Source of the DNA: Prevotella sp.
GTDB lineage: Bacteria; Bacteroidota; Bacteroidia; Bacteroidales; Bacteroidaceae
DNA: 64,000 nt
Assembly (NCBI GenBank): GCA_016290975.1
Contig: JAEEVS010000010.1
Location: forward strand, 4,481 to 68,480
Direction of reading: 5' to 3'
In this document: positions 1-10,413 of the stretch, one piece after another
How the letters are laid out: every line of letters begins with the position of its first letter
Position numbering within the stretch: the stretch's first letter is position 1
Notes under the pieces: generated by a model
Seen by the model: only the letters and a program-made list of their open reading frames with translations
Told to the model about the DNA's origin: nothing
Database searches by the model: none
Made by a program: the position numbers and the translations under genes

Positions 1-373
1 GGGCAACTCATATAATGCTGAGCTGACCAAGGACGAGGCTGGCAAGCTGTATCGCGTGAACCTGAACTACTCGGTTTACGACGTGAGCATGCTCGACTCG
101 CAGGCTAAGTACATGCGTATGCGCAAGTCGAAGGGCGCACAGGCTGGTGCACAGGCTGACACCATCACGGCACCTATGCCTTGCAAGATAGTGAAGGTAT
201 TCGTGAAGCCTGGCGACGAGCTGAAGGCTGGCGACTCAGTGCTGACCATGGAGGCAATGAAGATGCAGTCAAACTACAAAGTGGCTGAGGATTGCACCGT
301 GAAGGAGGTACTGGTGAATGAAGGCGACAGCGTAATGGCGAATGCGGTATTAGTAAAACTTGAGACAAAATAA
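1..373 (+). CDS. Biotin carboxyl carrier protein (5' truncated by window edge)
   Basis: EAMKM biotinylation motif; the frame is open from position 2 (GNSYNAELTKDEAGKLYRV...), so the real start lies upstream of the window. Confidence 0.9.
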   Translation, partial: GNSYNAELTKDEAGKLYRVNLNYSVYDVSMLDSQAKYMRMRKSKGAQAGAQADTITAPMPCKIVKVFVKPGDELKAGDSVLTMEAMKMQSNYKVAEDCTVKEVLVNEGDSVMANAVLVKLETK

Positions 374-402
374 AAAGGAGTTAAAGGAGTTAAAAGAAAG
401 AT

Positions 403-1866
403 ATGGCTACAAGAGTAGAAAAACCAAAAGAGAAGCTTACAGCAAGAGAGAGAATAGAGACACTGCTCGACAAGGGTACATTCGTGGAGATGGATAAGCA
501 CGTGATGCACCGTTGCACCGACTTTGGCATGGAGAACAAGCGCATAGAGGGCGACGGCGTAATCAGCGGCTACGGAAAGATTGACGGCAGGATAGTGTTT
601 GTCTATGCCTTCGACTTCGCCGTGCTGGGCGGTTCGCTCAGTGCTGCCAACGCACAGAAGATAGCTAAGGTGCAAGACCTTGCCCTGAAGAACGGTGCGC
701 CAATCATAGGTCTGAACGACTCAGGCGGTGCACGTATTCAGGAGGGTGTGGAGTCACTGACAGGCTTTGCCCACATATTCAAGCGCAACGTGATGGCGAG
801 CGGTGTGATACCACAGATTTCGGCTATCATGGGACCTTGCGCAGGCGGTTCGTGCTACTCCCCTGCCCTCACCGACTTCATCCTTATGGTGAAGGAGCAG
901 AGCCAGATGTTTGTCACTGGTCCTAACGTGGTGAAGGCAGTGACCAACGAGGATGTGGACAAAGAGACACTGGGCGGAGCGATGACCCACAACAGCGTGA
1001 GCGGTGTGAGCCACTTCATCTGCAACGACGATGAGGAGACACTGATGACCATACGCGAACTGATAGGTTTCATACCGTCAAACAACATGGAGGATGCACC
1101 TGTGCACCCTGTGACTGACGAGGTGACTCGCGTGTGCCACGAACTGGACAACGTGGTGCCAACAGACCCTAACCAGCCTTACGACATACGTAACATCATA
1201 GAGCCAGTGTGCGACCAGCAGTATTTCTTCGAGATACAGCCTGAATATGCTAAGAACATCGTGATAGGATTCGGCAGAATGGCAGGCAGGACAGTGGGTT
1301 TCGTAGCCAACCAGCCAAACTTCCTCGCTGGTGCGCTGGACATTGACGCCAGCGACAAGGCGGCTCGCTTCATACGTTTCTGCGACTGCTTCAACATCCC
1401 TCTCATCGCTGTAGAGGATGTGCCTGGTTTCCTGCCTGGTGTGGATCAGGAGCATCATGGTATCATACGTCACGGAGCCAAGATTGTTTATGCCTTTGCC
1501 GAGGCTACCGTACCAAAGATTACGCTCATAACACGTAAGGCTTACGGTGGTGCTTACATCGTGATGAACTCAAAGTGCATAGGTGCTGACGTGAACCTCG
1601 CCTACCCAACAGCAGAGATTGCCGTAATGGGTGCCGAGGGTGCCTGCAACATACTCTATCGCAAGGCTACACCAGAAGAGCGTCAGGAGAAGATTGCCGA
1701 GTATCAGGAGAAGTTTGCTAACCCACTGCCAGCAGCACGTCTGGGTTACATAGACGAGATTATCTCACCTTGCGACACTCGCATTCGCCTCATACAGGCA
1801 CTCGAGATGAGTCGCAACAAGAACCAGAGCAATCCACCTAAGAAGCACGGCAATATGCCGCTATAG
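403..1866 (+). CDS. pccB: Acyl-CoA carboxylase carboxyltransferase subunit (PccB/MmdA family)
   Basis: DSGGARIQEG, GPCAGG, DVPGFLPG, RKAYGGAY motifs and C-terminal KKHGNMPL; follows the biotin carrier gene. Confidence 0.9.
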   Translation: MATRVEKPKEKLTARERIETLLDKGTFVEMDKHVMHRCTDFGMENKRIEGDGVISGYGKIDGRIVFVYAFDFAVLGGSLSAANAQKIAKVQDLALKNGAPIIGLNDSGGARIQEGVESLTGFAHIFKRNVMASGVIPQISAIMGPCAGGSCYSPALTDFILMVKEQSQMFVTGPNVVKAVTNEDVDKETLGGAMTHNSVSGVSHFICNDDEETLMTIRELIGFIPSNNMEDAPVHPVTDEVTRVCHELDNVVPTDPNQPYDIRNIIEPVCDQQYFFEIQPEYAKNIVIGFGRMAGRTVGFVANQPNFLAGALDIDASDKAARFIRFCDCFNIPLIAVEDVPGFLPGVDQEHHGIIRHGAKIVYAFAEATVPKITLITRKAYGGAYIVMNSKCIGADVNLAYPTAEIAVMGAEGACNILYRKATPEERQEKIAEYQEKFANPLPAARLGYIDEIISPCDTRIRLIQALEMSRNKNQSNPPKKHGNMPL

Positions 1867-4800
1867 TGCATAACGCATAATCAGGTTCTTGAAGATCTCA
1901 TTGTGGCACAGGATGTCGGGATTGCCCACGATAATCTCTTTCTTCTTGGCACGCGTGAGAGCGACATTAAGACGACGGTCTATCAACGCCCCACTGACGG
2001 GGTCGGTGAACGTGGCTGAAGAGAGGAACTTCAACTGATACTGGTACTGCACCGTGAAACCGTAGATGATGACATCACGCTGCGAACCCTGATAACGCTC
2101 AACGGTGTCGATGGTGATTAGGTTAGAGGTTAGAGGTAAGAGGTGAGAGGTTAGAGTTGTTCCGCTCTGCGCCTGAGCACCTACTGGAGCGCAAGAAAGT
2201 TCTTCATTTATAGCCTGGCGCACGGCGGCAATCTGGTTACGATAAGGCACTATGACGCCAACAGTTTTAAGCGGGTCGAAGTTTTCGCCCGCTTCTTTTA
2301 TTGCCTTCACCACCTCACGGGCTATGACGCGAGCCTCATTCACATTCACCTTGTCACTCTCTGTCTCGTCTGGTTTTGGCACGGGGATAAACTCTATTCG
2401 CCTGCCCTCTATCGTCTCTAACTGGTGAGGCAGTCCCACCACACCTAATTTGCCTTCATAAAAAGCGTTATTAGGAAACTCCGCTATCTCAGCGTGCATC
2501 CTACCTTGTTTGGAGAGGAAATAGACAACGTTCCCGTTAACGTTAACGTTCCCGTTGTATAGCCTTTCAAAGAGCGAGTTGCGGCAGTTGGTCAGTCCGA
2601 TGTCTATGAGGCACTGCTCCGTAACTTTGGAGTCCTCCTCAGACTGCTGCACCACAGCAGGCAACTGCTTGTGGTCGCCGATGAGTACGAAGCGCTGAAT
2701 AGAGGACCCTCCCCCATCACCTTCCTTAAAGAGAGGGGTGCTTGTGATATTCGCATCTTTTGTTGCAGACAGCAGTCCCAACAGTTGGGGTTCGAGTATC
2801 TGCGATGCCTCATCTATTATGGCGAGGTCGAATGATTTGAGACGGAAGAGCGAAACAGAAGCCGAGGTGATAGCCGTTGTGGTGCCCACAAACACTCGAC
2901 AACCGTCTATCAAGTCCCTTATCTCACCTATGTTCTTGCAGCACTTAGTCCTGTTTTCTATGAGGTACTCGCGATAAGGTTTCTCACAAGAGAACGGCGA
3001 ACCAATCCTGAGGAAGTCCAAGCCCTCCTCCACCAGTTTGGAGCATATCTCATCCACGGCTCGGTTGGTGTAAGCCATCAACAGTATAGAGCCACCCTGC
3101 TGGAGTTGCTCCTTGAGTATGTTAAGCAGTCCGAAGGATGTCTTGCCCGTGCCAGGAGGTCCCACCACGAGGTAGAGGTCTCGTGCCTGCATTGCACCAC
3201 GCACCAAGTCGTTAAACTCACCATAGTCGCCCTTGAGCTCTATGCCCCTATCAACCTCAGGACTGCGCTGTCCCAGTATCAGCGACTTACGGTGCGCAGG
3301 GGCAGAGAGAAACTGATGGAGCGAGCGGAACAGCGACGTGGTGGATGCCTCATAGAAGTCGTGCTCCACAGCCCACGACCAGTTTTTGCGTTGGACAAAC
3401 ACCACCTCGTCACTCTGTGGGGCGCGCAACCTTATATTTATAATAAGGTGTGACTCCTCGTTATACATCTCGTCGATGGTGCCACGATGCACTATGGTCT
3501 TGCGTATATCGGGTGTGGTATTGTTTTCATAGGCATAGAGGGTCACGATGTCGCCAAGCCTGAAGTTGAGCGAAGCTATACCAGCCTCGTCAGCAGTCTT
3601 TTGCGTCAGTTTCAGAGCCACCACCCCACTTTCTTCTTTTACCAACTCCTGTATCTCCAGTCGGTCAATGATGCTGCCCGAAGCCAGTTTCTCATCCAGA
3701 CTGCTGTGCCACTTAGCCGCAAAACCTGAGTCTTCCTTGTTGTTGTGTCCCATCTTTGAGAGCACGTGCTCGGTGGCAACAAAGCGCAGCATACGCAAGA
3801 AGTAGGTCTGTTCCAAAGGGGTTGCCGTCTGTATAGGCGTGAGCACCCTTTCTATCTCAGGTCGCACCCACGTAGCCCAGAAGCGGTCGCTCATCTCTTT
3901 GCGTCTGAGCTGCTCGGGTTTCATGCGCAGGAGCACCTCTGCCCCACCCTTGGCATAAGACATCTCGCAGTATGCTATCTGGTTGCGTAGCATCAGTGCC
4001 TTGTGCAACAGCTCAGGTGCTACACCTAAGCGCACCAATCCCTTTTTATATTTTGAGTAAAGCAGGAACGACTGTATGTCGCTGTTGCGAATGGGTTGTC
4101 CGTCACGCTCGTAGCCGTAATGCAGCATCGCCATATAGAGGAGCATCTGCACGTAGTGTTTCTCCTGATACACAGGGGTGTCAGGGTCGCGTGAAGGAAA
4201 ACCTCCTTTGCCCGACTTCTGCTCTATCAGCACTCGGTAGTCACGTTGCAGAAGGTCCATACGTCCCTGCAGTCCCAACGTCTCGCAGAAGAATGAGGGT
4301 TCGAGCAACACCTGTGAGGCATCAAACCTGCCCACCTCTTTCTCCAGCGTCTCGTGAATGGCTATGCGGATATTCTCCAACTGTTCCCTCGCATCCTTGT
4401 GGAAAGAAGCGTCTATGCCTTCAGCCGCCGCCATGTCAATAGCGTTATGATGGAAGAAGCGGGTCACGCTCTCAGCATAGTCCACATCCTTGCCATGCAC
4501 CACCTCGTCAAGGAACTGCGATGCGAGGTTACCCAAGTGTATCGCCCTTGTAGGCGGTGTGGTCTTCAGTCGGTTGAGCAGCGCCACGTATGGTGTGTCG
4601 GCATACGACTCAAAACAAGCCGCCACAGATGAGATATCAACCAGATAGTCAGGCTGATAGATGAGTATCTTGTCAGCCACCACGTTTATCAGGTCGCCCT
4701 CCTTCAGCAGTTTCAAGAAATACTCATAGCCCTCAGGCAGCGGCACCTCCACATCCTCACCGTAGTCAGAACGGCCGAAGATGGTGGTGTCATCCCAATG

Positions 4801-5262
4801 ATCAACGATAATACGAGTAGACTCACCCCTAGCCCCTCTCTTGGAGAGAGGGGAAGAGTATGCATTATCTTTCAGCGAAAAAGCAGATAAGACATTTTGT
4901 AATTGTTCCCCTCTCTCCAAGAGAGGGGTTAGGGGTGAGTCTGTTGGGGGTGAGTCTTTTAATATTGCTTTAAAGAACAGCGCCAGACACTTTATGTCCC
5001 GTTGCCAACAGGTGGGTTGGTCTTCGTCCTTGCGATGACGGAAATCGTTGAGGGCGAGATAGACGGAACGGTCCACGCCGTGTTCCTTACACAGGAAATC
5101 GGTCTTGGCAAACAGTCCGCCAAAATGTATGTTGCTCCCCGTCAGACGGTCGTCCACGGCACGGTGCAACACAATATTAAGCAAGTGATAACAACCCTTC
5201 AGGTCGCCATCACTTGCTTTCTTTTTTGCTTGAAGCAGTATGTCAAAAAATTCGTTATGCAA
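1861..5262 (-). CDS. Dna2-like nuclease-helicase (RecB/PD-(D/E)xK nuclease fused to SF1 UPF1-like helicase)
   Basis: GLQGRMDLL..IEQKSGK..HYVQMLLY nuclease motifs; GPPGTGKT, IIDEASQ, GDHKQL, TVERYQGSQRD and RRLNVALTRAK helicase motifs. Confidence 0.85.
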   Translation of the reverse strand: MHNEFFDILLQAKKKASDGDLKGCYHLLNIVLHRAVDDRLTGSNIHFGGLFAKTDFLCKEHGVDRSVYLALNDFRHRKDEDQPTCWQRDIKCLALFFKAILKDSPPTDSPLTPLLERGEQLQNVLSAFSLKDNAYSSPLSKRGARGESTRIIVDHWDDTTIFGRSDYGEDVEVPLPEGYEYFLKLLKEGDLINVVADKILIYQPDYLVDISSVAACFESYADTPYVALLNRLKTTPPTRAIHLGNLASQFLDEVVHGKDVDYAESVTRFFHHNAIDMAAAEGIDASFHKDAREQLENIRIAIHETLEKEVGRFDASQVLLEPSFFCETLGLQGRMDLLQRDYRVLIEQKSGKGGFPSRDPDTPVYQEKHYVQMLLYMAMLHYGYERDGQPIRNSDIQSFLLYSKYKKGLVRLGVAPELLHKALMLRNQIAYCEMSYAKGGAEVLLRMKPEQLRRKEMSDRFWATWVRPEIERVLTPIQTATPLEQTYFLRMLRFVATEHVLSKMGHNNKEDSGFAAKWHSSLDEKLASGSIIDRLEIQELVKEESGVVALKLTQKTADEAGIASLNFRLGDIVTLYAYENNTTPDIRKTIVHRGTIDEMYNEESHLIINIRLRAPQSDEVVFVQRKNWSWAVEHDFYEASTTSLFRSLHQFLSAPAHRKSLILGQRSPEVDRGIELKGDYGEFNDLVRGAMQARDLYLVVGPPGTGKTSFGLLNILKEQLQQGGSILLMAYTNRAVDEICSKLVEEGLDFLRIGSPFSCEKPYREYLIENRTKCCKNIGEIRDLIDGCRVFVGTTTAITSASVSLFRLKSFDLAIIDEASQILEPQLLGLLSATKDANITSTPLFKEGDGGGSSIQRFVLIGDHKQLPAVVQQSEEDSKVTEQCLIDIGLTNCRNSLFERLYNGNVNVNGNVVYFLSKQGRMHAEIAEFPNNAFYEGKLGVVGLPHQLETIEGRRIEFIPVPKPDETESDKVNVNEARVIAREVVKAIKEAGENFDPLKTVGVIVPYRNQIAAVRQAINEELSCAPVGAQAQSGTTLTSHLLPLTSNLITIDTVERYQGSQRDVIIYGFTVQYQYQLKFLSSATFTDPVSGALIDRRLNVALTRAKKKEIIVGNPDILCHNEIFKNLIMRYAL
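4819..4942. repeat. REP doublet (37-bp arms, 1 mismatch) in frame in the Dna2-like gene
   Basis: AGACTCACCCCTAGCCCCTCTCTTGGAGAGAGGGGAA (4819-4855) and its inverted copy (4906-4942). Confidence 0.88.
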
Positions 5263-6418
5263 GGATTGCGTCAGCCAGTGCCTCGAGAGCCGAAATATCA
5301 GTATCCTTCATACGTCCGCGGATGGTTACGAGGTCGCCTTTGATGGTTACATTCTTCATCTCTTCTATCATCTGCTTCATCACTCTGCCAGCTGATGGAG
5401 CCCATGAGCCGTTCTCTATCAGAGCCACCTCACGGTTCTGCCAAGCCTTGATCTGCAGGTGGTGCAGGAAGTCATACATTGGTGGGAAGAGGCCTGCATC
5501 GTAAGATGAGGCAGCCAGCACCACCTTACCATATTTGAAGGCATCCTCGATAGCCTCAGCCTGGTCTTCGCGACACAGGTCAGCAATAGCCACCTTCTTA
5601 CATCCCTTACCCTTGAGTATTGCAGAGAGCAGTTCGGCAGCCTCCTTGGTGCATCCATGTATTGAAGCATAGGCAATAAACACACCTTCTGCCTCCACAC
5701 CGTATGCGCTCCATATATTATACAGTCGCAGAGCCTCAGCCATTGCCTCGCCCTTGAGCATAGGACCGTGCAGCGGACATATCTGTTCTATCTCTAATGC
5801 TGCAGCCTTCTTGAGCAGGGTGCTCACAGGACCGCCATACTTACCACAGATGTTGAAATAGTAGCGGCGAGCCTCACAAGCCCAGTCGTCTGGGTCGGCC
5901 TCTCTCACGCCAAACTTACCGAAGGCGTCAGCAGAGAAGAGCACCTTGTCAGTCATGTCGTATGTCACCATCACCTCAGGCCAGTGCACCATCGGTGCCA
6001 TGACAAACTGCAGTGTGTGCTTACCCAGGTTCAGGGTGTCGCCCTCCTTCACCGTCATCACGTTTTCAGAGATGTCGTGGTTAGGGAAATACAGCGGTAT
6101 CATGGTAGCAGCCTTAGCCGAGCATACTATCTTTATCTCAGGGTAGAGGTTGAGCACCTCCTCCACTCCACCTGTGTGGTCTGGTTCCAGATGCTGCACC
6201 ACGAGGTAGTCTGGTGTTTTGCCAGCGAGTGCGTTCTTTAGGTCTTCCAACCAAGCTTCGAAAGTGCGCTGGTCAGAGGTATCCATAATAGCTATCTTAT
6301 CGTCGTCGATGAGATAAGAGTTGTAACACATGCCTTCAGGCAGGTCATACTGCGACTCAAAGAGTGTGGTCTCTCTGTCGTCTTGTCCAATGTAGATAAT
6401 GTCTTTTGTAATGTTCAT
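5255..6418 (-). CDS. fprA: FprA family flavodiiron protein (A-type flavoprotein)
   Basis: HLEPDH, HWPE, SADAFG metallo-beta-lactamase-like motifs plus C-terminal flavodoxin domain; ATG at 6418 preferred over TTG at 6433. Confidence 0.9.
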   Translation of the reverse strand: MNITKDIIYIGQDDRETTLFESQYDLPEGMCYNSYLIDDDKIAIMDTSDQRTFEAWLEDLKNALAGKTPDYLVVQHLEPDHTGGVEEVLNLYPEIKIVCSAKAATMIPLYFPNHDISENVMTVKEGDTLNLGKHTLQFVMAPMVHWPEVMVTYDMTDKVLFSADAFGKFGVREADPDDWACEARRYYFNICGKYGGPVSTLLKKAAALEIEQICPLHGPMLKGEAMAEALRLYNIWSAYGVEAEGVFIAYASIHGCTKEAAELLSAILKGKGCKKVAIADLCREDQAEAIEDAFKYGKVVLAASSYDAGLFPPMYDFLHHLQIKAWQNREVALIENGSWAPSAGRVMKQMIEEMKNVTIKGDLVTIRGRMKDTDISALEALADAILA

Positions 6419-6422
6419 TTGT

Positions 6423-7595
6423 TTATTTTGCAAGTTTTAATATCTCTGTCGTTACGTCAGGTGTTATAGGATAGAAGGCACCAAACTTCTCGCCTTTGTT
6501 CTTATGCAGATTAGCCACAAACTGTGGTATGGCAGCATCTATCTCAGCCTCTGAAAGGTTTGGCAATAGTTCCTTCAAGGTCACTGGCAGTTTCAGGTCG
6601 TCGTGCAGGAACTGCTTAAAGAGGTTGATGCCCTCTACTGCATCGCTGACTCCGAACACTCGCTCAGCAAACTGCTTGATGCGTGCTGGGTGGTTCTTAG
6701 CCATGAAGAGCATATATGCTGGGGTCACTACGGCAAGTCCTGCGCCGTGGGTCACGTCATACATGGCACTTATCTCGTGCTCTATCTGGTGACCAGCCCA
6801 GTCCTCTTCTCTGCCTATGCCGCACGTGCCGTTGTGGGCTATCGTACCGCTCCACATGATGTTGGCTCTTGCGTCGTAGTCATTAGGATTCTTCATCACC
6901 TTGCGTGCCTCGTTGATGATGGCTGTTATCACGCCCTCACACAGACGGTCGGATATCTCCACGCCCTCGGTATTTGAGAAGTAACGCTCCAGTATGTGCA
7001 CTATCATGTCGCATATACCTGATGCCGTATGCCATGCAGGCAGGGTCATGGTGAGTTCGGGGTTCATCACGGCAAACTTAGGTCTGAGCAGCATAGGCTC
7101 CTTGATGCCCAGTTTCTGCTTCGTGGTCATATTGGTGATAACGGCATTGCCTGAACCTTCAGAACCAGCAGCAGGAATGGTGAGCACCACACCCACTGGC
7201 AGAGCCTTCTTTATCTTTGCCTTACCTATATAGAAATCCCAGAAGTCTCCGTCATAGTCCACAGCACACGCCACAGACTTAGCTGTGTCTATCACACTGC
7301 CTCCGCCTACAGCAAGGAGGAAATCCACACCGTTCTTGCGCACCAGTTCAATGCCTTCGCGCACCTTGTCGTCTGTAGGGTTAGGTTTGATGCCTGCCAT
7401 CTCCATATACTTGATGCCAGCAGCATCCAGTGCAGCCTGCACCCTGCCTATCAGTCCGCTCTTCACGGCACTTCCGCCGCCATAGAGTATCATTACCTTC
7501 TTGGCACCGTACTGTCGTGCCAGTTCTCCTGTCTTTGCTTCGGTGTTACGTCCGAACACAAACTCCGTAGGTGAATAAAAAGAAAAATCTAACAT
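6423..7595 (-). CDS. Iron-containing alcohol dehydrogenase (NADH-dependent butanol dehydrogenase-like)
   Basis: GGGSVIDTAK, TIPAAGSE, DMIVHILERY, HQIEHE, HGAGLA motifs. Confidence 0.9.
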   Translation of the reverse strand: MLDFSFYSPTEFVFGRNTEAKTGELARQYGAKKVMILYGGGSAVKSGLIGRVQAALDAAGIKYMEMAGIKPNPTDDKVREGIELVRKNGVDFLLAVGGGSVIDTAKSVACAVDYDGDFWDFYIGKAKIKKALPVGVVLTIPAAGSEGSGNAVITNMTTKQKLGIKEPMLLRPKFAVMNPELTMTLPAWHTASGICDMIVHILERYFSNTEGVEISDRLCEGVITAIINEARKVMKNPNDYDARANIMWSGTIAHNGTCGIGREEDWAGHQIEHEISAMYDVTHGAGLAVVTPAYMLFMAKNHPARIKQFAERVFGVSDAVEGINLFKQFLHDDLKLPVTLKELLPNLSEAEIDAAIPQFVANLHKNKGEKFGAFYPITPDVTTEILKLAK

Positions 7596-7625
7596 TTATT
7601 TTAATTGATAATTGATAATTGATAG

Positions 7626-10046
7626 TTATTTTATATACTTCTTGCCGTTGCTGATTACTATGCCCTTGTATGAATCACTCACTTTCTGCCCAACCAAGTT
7701 AACGTTAACGTTCCCGTTCCCGTTAGCGTTCCCGTTAACGTTCCCGTTAACCTTAACCACGCCCGTAGGTATATCCATACCCAGCACGTAATACACTGAG
7801 TTGAGAATCAGTTTCTGTGCTGCCGCTGTGAGGTTAGCCGTTGATGCCTCGCTCACACCTATCATTATATAGCGGTTGCTTATCGCACTGCCGTTAAGGG
7901 TGGCACCTGTCAGGTCGGCTATGCTGATATAGTTGTTACTTGTAGGCGAAGCTAATGTAGTGTAGTCCTGCCAGTTTGTTGGCTGACTGATAGCAGTCAC
8001 GGCATTGCCGCTTGCTGAGGTAAACAGCTGCACCTTGCCGTCGTTTATCTCCACATCCTGGAATATCTCGTGCGTATCGTCAGCTACGCTCACTGCTACG
8101 TCGCCGGTGTTCACTGCCGTTCCCCAGTTCCACACACCGTTTTTCATCATCCAAGGCTTGAGCAGCACCGTAGGCAGGTTGTAGTTCTTCAGTCCTGCCA
8201 TGGCAGCAGCACCTGATGATGGCACTGGACTAATCACCAGCGCGTCACATTCGCTTAGGTCTGGTGTGCTGTTAGCGTCCTTCACCTCCACCATAAAAGC
8301 AGATCTTATAGCTGCAACTATCTTGGCATCGGCATCGCTGGTACCAGTAGTACCATTCGTTACGTATGCCACCACTGGTGCTGATGCATCACTCACGTTC
8401 AGCGTGATGGTAGCCATTACGTCTGTCTCGAAATCCACTGTTGGCACAAAGGTCATAACGTATGTGCCAGCCTCAGAGGGTGTGCCGCTGATGGTTGCCA
8501 CCTTGCCGTCTATCGCTACCGTCACTCCTGGCACTGTGGTGTTGTCCGTACGCTCTATGCCTGTTGCCGAACCGCCAGCGGTTATCGTCACCGTCTGTAT
8601 AGCGCGACCAGCCTTCACTGCCTGTGTGGCATTGCCTGTCACCGTGAGTGTTGCAGGCATGTGGGGGGTACCTCCGTCGTTATACTCAAAGCAACCTAGG
8701 TCTGGTGCCTGTCCGTAGTAAGGCAGACCAGTGTCTGTCGTACCCTTGTCTATCAGCTGTGATGTAGATTTTGGTCGCATACATGTGTAGTCAGGCAGAC
8801 TGCCGTCAGCCTTTCTCGCACCCAATATCTGTCCTTCCACATCCACACTCTCAAAGTCGGCATCCGTCACCGTCATGCCTACGATGTTCCATGAGTTGTT
8901 CTTCTCTTCGTATGAGGCACACTGTATCACATCGCCGTTCTTACCCTTGTATGTCAGGTTGTTATACAGATGTGCCGTACCACATGCCGTCTGGTCGAAT
9001 CCGTAGTTCTTGGCGTTGTAGCAGCTGGTGTTGTTGTATATCCACATCTCACCGGCGTTGTTGTTCTGGTCTATGCCCTTCGCACCCAGACTGGCGTCGA
9101 GGTGGAATGTCACACCGTTGTATGCTGACAGGCTGTTTCTCAATATCACGTCATGCTTTGTTCTGTCGCCGCCCAACTTAAATCCGTTGGCGTTGCCCAG
9201 ATTCACGTACTCAGCCATCGTCACCCAGTATTTTGGGCTGCCTTCACGCTTCGATGTCACCTCTCTGCCTGCACCCTCAAACTGCTGGAACCAGCTCTTG
9301 TCAGTCTCATAGCGAGCATGTCCCTCCATGTTGTAATAGCCAGGACCGTTGTTGTAGCACACACAGTTCTCTATCACTGTAGGACCGAAGTCGCTTGTCA
9401 CGTGCTGGTAGAAGTCCCATCCGTCGTCAGAGTTGTTCCATGCACGGCATCCTATGTAGGTATTGCCGCCGCCGGTATATTGCTTATCGGCAAAGCCGTC
9501 GGCATTGCCACCGAAGTCTGCTGCGTCCACGCCACCCAGTTTGTAGTCGAAGTTATCGTGTGAGTCGCAGTTGAGTATCAGGTTGCTGTGACCGCCCTTC
9601 ATCTGCACACCTGTATCGCCGTGACCATATACGTCCAGCATCGCAAACTTACAGTATGAGCCTGAGTTCAGCAGACCGTTCTTGCCTGAATAGCGTATCG
9701 TCAAGCCCTTCATATACACGTAGTTGCCTGAGTTTGAGATACCCCTTGAACCGTATGCCACCTTGCGGAAGTCGAAGATAGGTGTCTCGCCTTCGTAAGC
9801 CCATATGTTTACGAACTTATCACTGTTGCCACTCACGTTTATTGATATCGGGTTGCTGTAGTCATACTGTCCGCCGAGGCAATACAGTATGTCGCCAGGC
9901 TGCAGCTGGCTCACCAGTGTTGTAAACGCGCCAGCCTTGTCGTATGACGTTCCGTCACCCGTTCCGTTAGGCTTAGCATAATAAGTCTTGGCTGTTGCTG
10001 CTATCGTCAGCATTATCAGCGCCATCAGGTTAAGTAATCTTTTCAT
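7626..10046 (-). CDS. Secreted right-handed beta-helix protein, PL9-like pectate/polysaccharide lyase with short Prevotella-type C-terminal sorting tail
   Basis: Signal peptide; NADGFADK, RAWNNSDDGWD, NGFKLGG PL9 motifs; APDLGCFE; tail NLVGQKV...KGIVISNGKKYIK. Confidence 0.8.
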   Translation of the reverse strand: MKRLLNLMALIMLTIAATAKTYYAKPNGTGDGTSYDKAGAFTTLVSQLQPGDILYCLGGQYDYSNPISINVSGNSDKFVNIWAYEGETPIFDFRKVAYGSRGISNSGNYVYMKGLTIRYSGKNGLLNSGSYCKFAMLDVYGHGDTGVQMKGGHSNLILNCDSHDNFDYKLGGVDAADFGGNADGFADKQYTGGGNTYIGCRAWNNSDDGWDFYQHVTSDFGPTVIENCVCYNNGPGYYNMEGHARYETDKSWFQQFEGAGREVTSKREGSPKYWVTMAEYVNLGNANGFKLGGDRTKHDVILRNSLSAYNGVTFHLDASLGAKGIDQNNNAGEMWIYNNTSCYNAKNYGFDQTACGTAHLYNNLTYKGKNGDVIQCASYEEKNNSWNIVGMTVTDADFESVDVEGQILGARKADGSLPDYTCMRPKSTSQLIDKGTTDTGLPYYGQAPDLGCFEYNDGGTPHMPATLTVTGNATQAVKAGRAIQTVTITAGGSATGIERTDNTTVPGVTVAIDGKVATISGTPSEAGTYVMTFVPTVDFETDVMATITLNVSDASAPVVAYVTNGTTGTSDADAKIVAAIRSAFMVEVKDANSTPDLSECDALVISPVPSSGAAAMAGLKNYNLPTVLLKPWMMKNGVWNWGTAVNTGDVAVSVADDTHEIFQDVEINDGKVQLFTSASGNAVTAISQPTNWQDYTTLASPTSNNYISIADLTGATLNGSAISNRYIMIGVSEASTANLTAAAQKLILNSVYYVLGMDIPTGVVKVNGNVNGNANGNGNVNVNLVGQKVSDSYKGIVISNGKKYIK

Positions 10047-10094
10047 TTCGTTGTCTATGTTGTCGTTATTATATTTTTTTTATTTCACGCCAAG

Positions 10095-10344
10095 CGAGGT
10101 GATACTCCTTCGGAGTTTGTGATAACGATATTCTGCTTATTGCAAGCACGCTTTCATAAGCATCTATCTTATATCACACTGCCTGACGGCAGCTATCACC
10201 TCTACGCGAAGAACAAAGGTCGCAGTCTTTGACTGCTCACGCAAAGCCATGCGGACTGTGCACGAAGTCCTCCCTTTGAGGGAGGATTTAGGAGGGTCTC
10301 CTTGGCGTAAGCGCCGGAGGCGCGTCTTGGCTCTTTGCGTAGAG
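10095..10344. repeat. Mosaic of nested inverted repeats and REP-like hairpins
   Basis: GAGGTGATA..TATCACCTC, CTCTACGCGAAGA..TCTTTGCGTAGAG, small hairpins CTCCTTCGGAG, CTGCCTGACGGCAG, GCAGTCTTTGACTGC, GGCGTAAGCGCC; REP arm at 10267-10298. Confidence 0.7.
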
Positions 10345-10413
10345 AAGGTTAAGCTTGAAAAGCTAAGTCATAGACAGAAGTGGGCATTATAGGAGCTTGC
10401 TCATATATGGACA

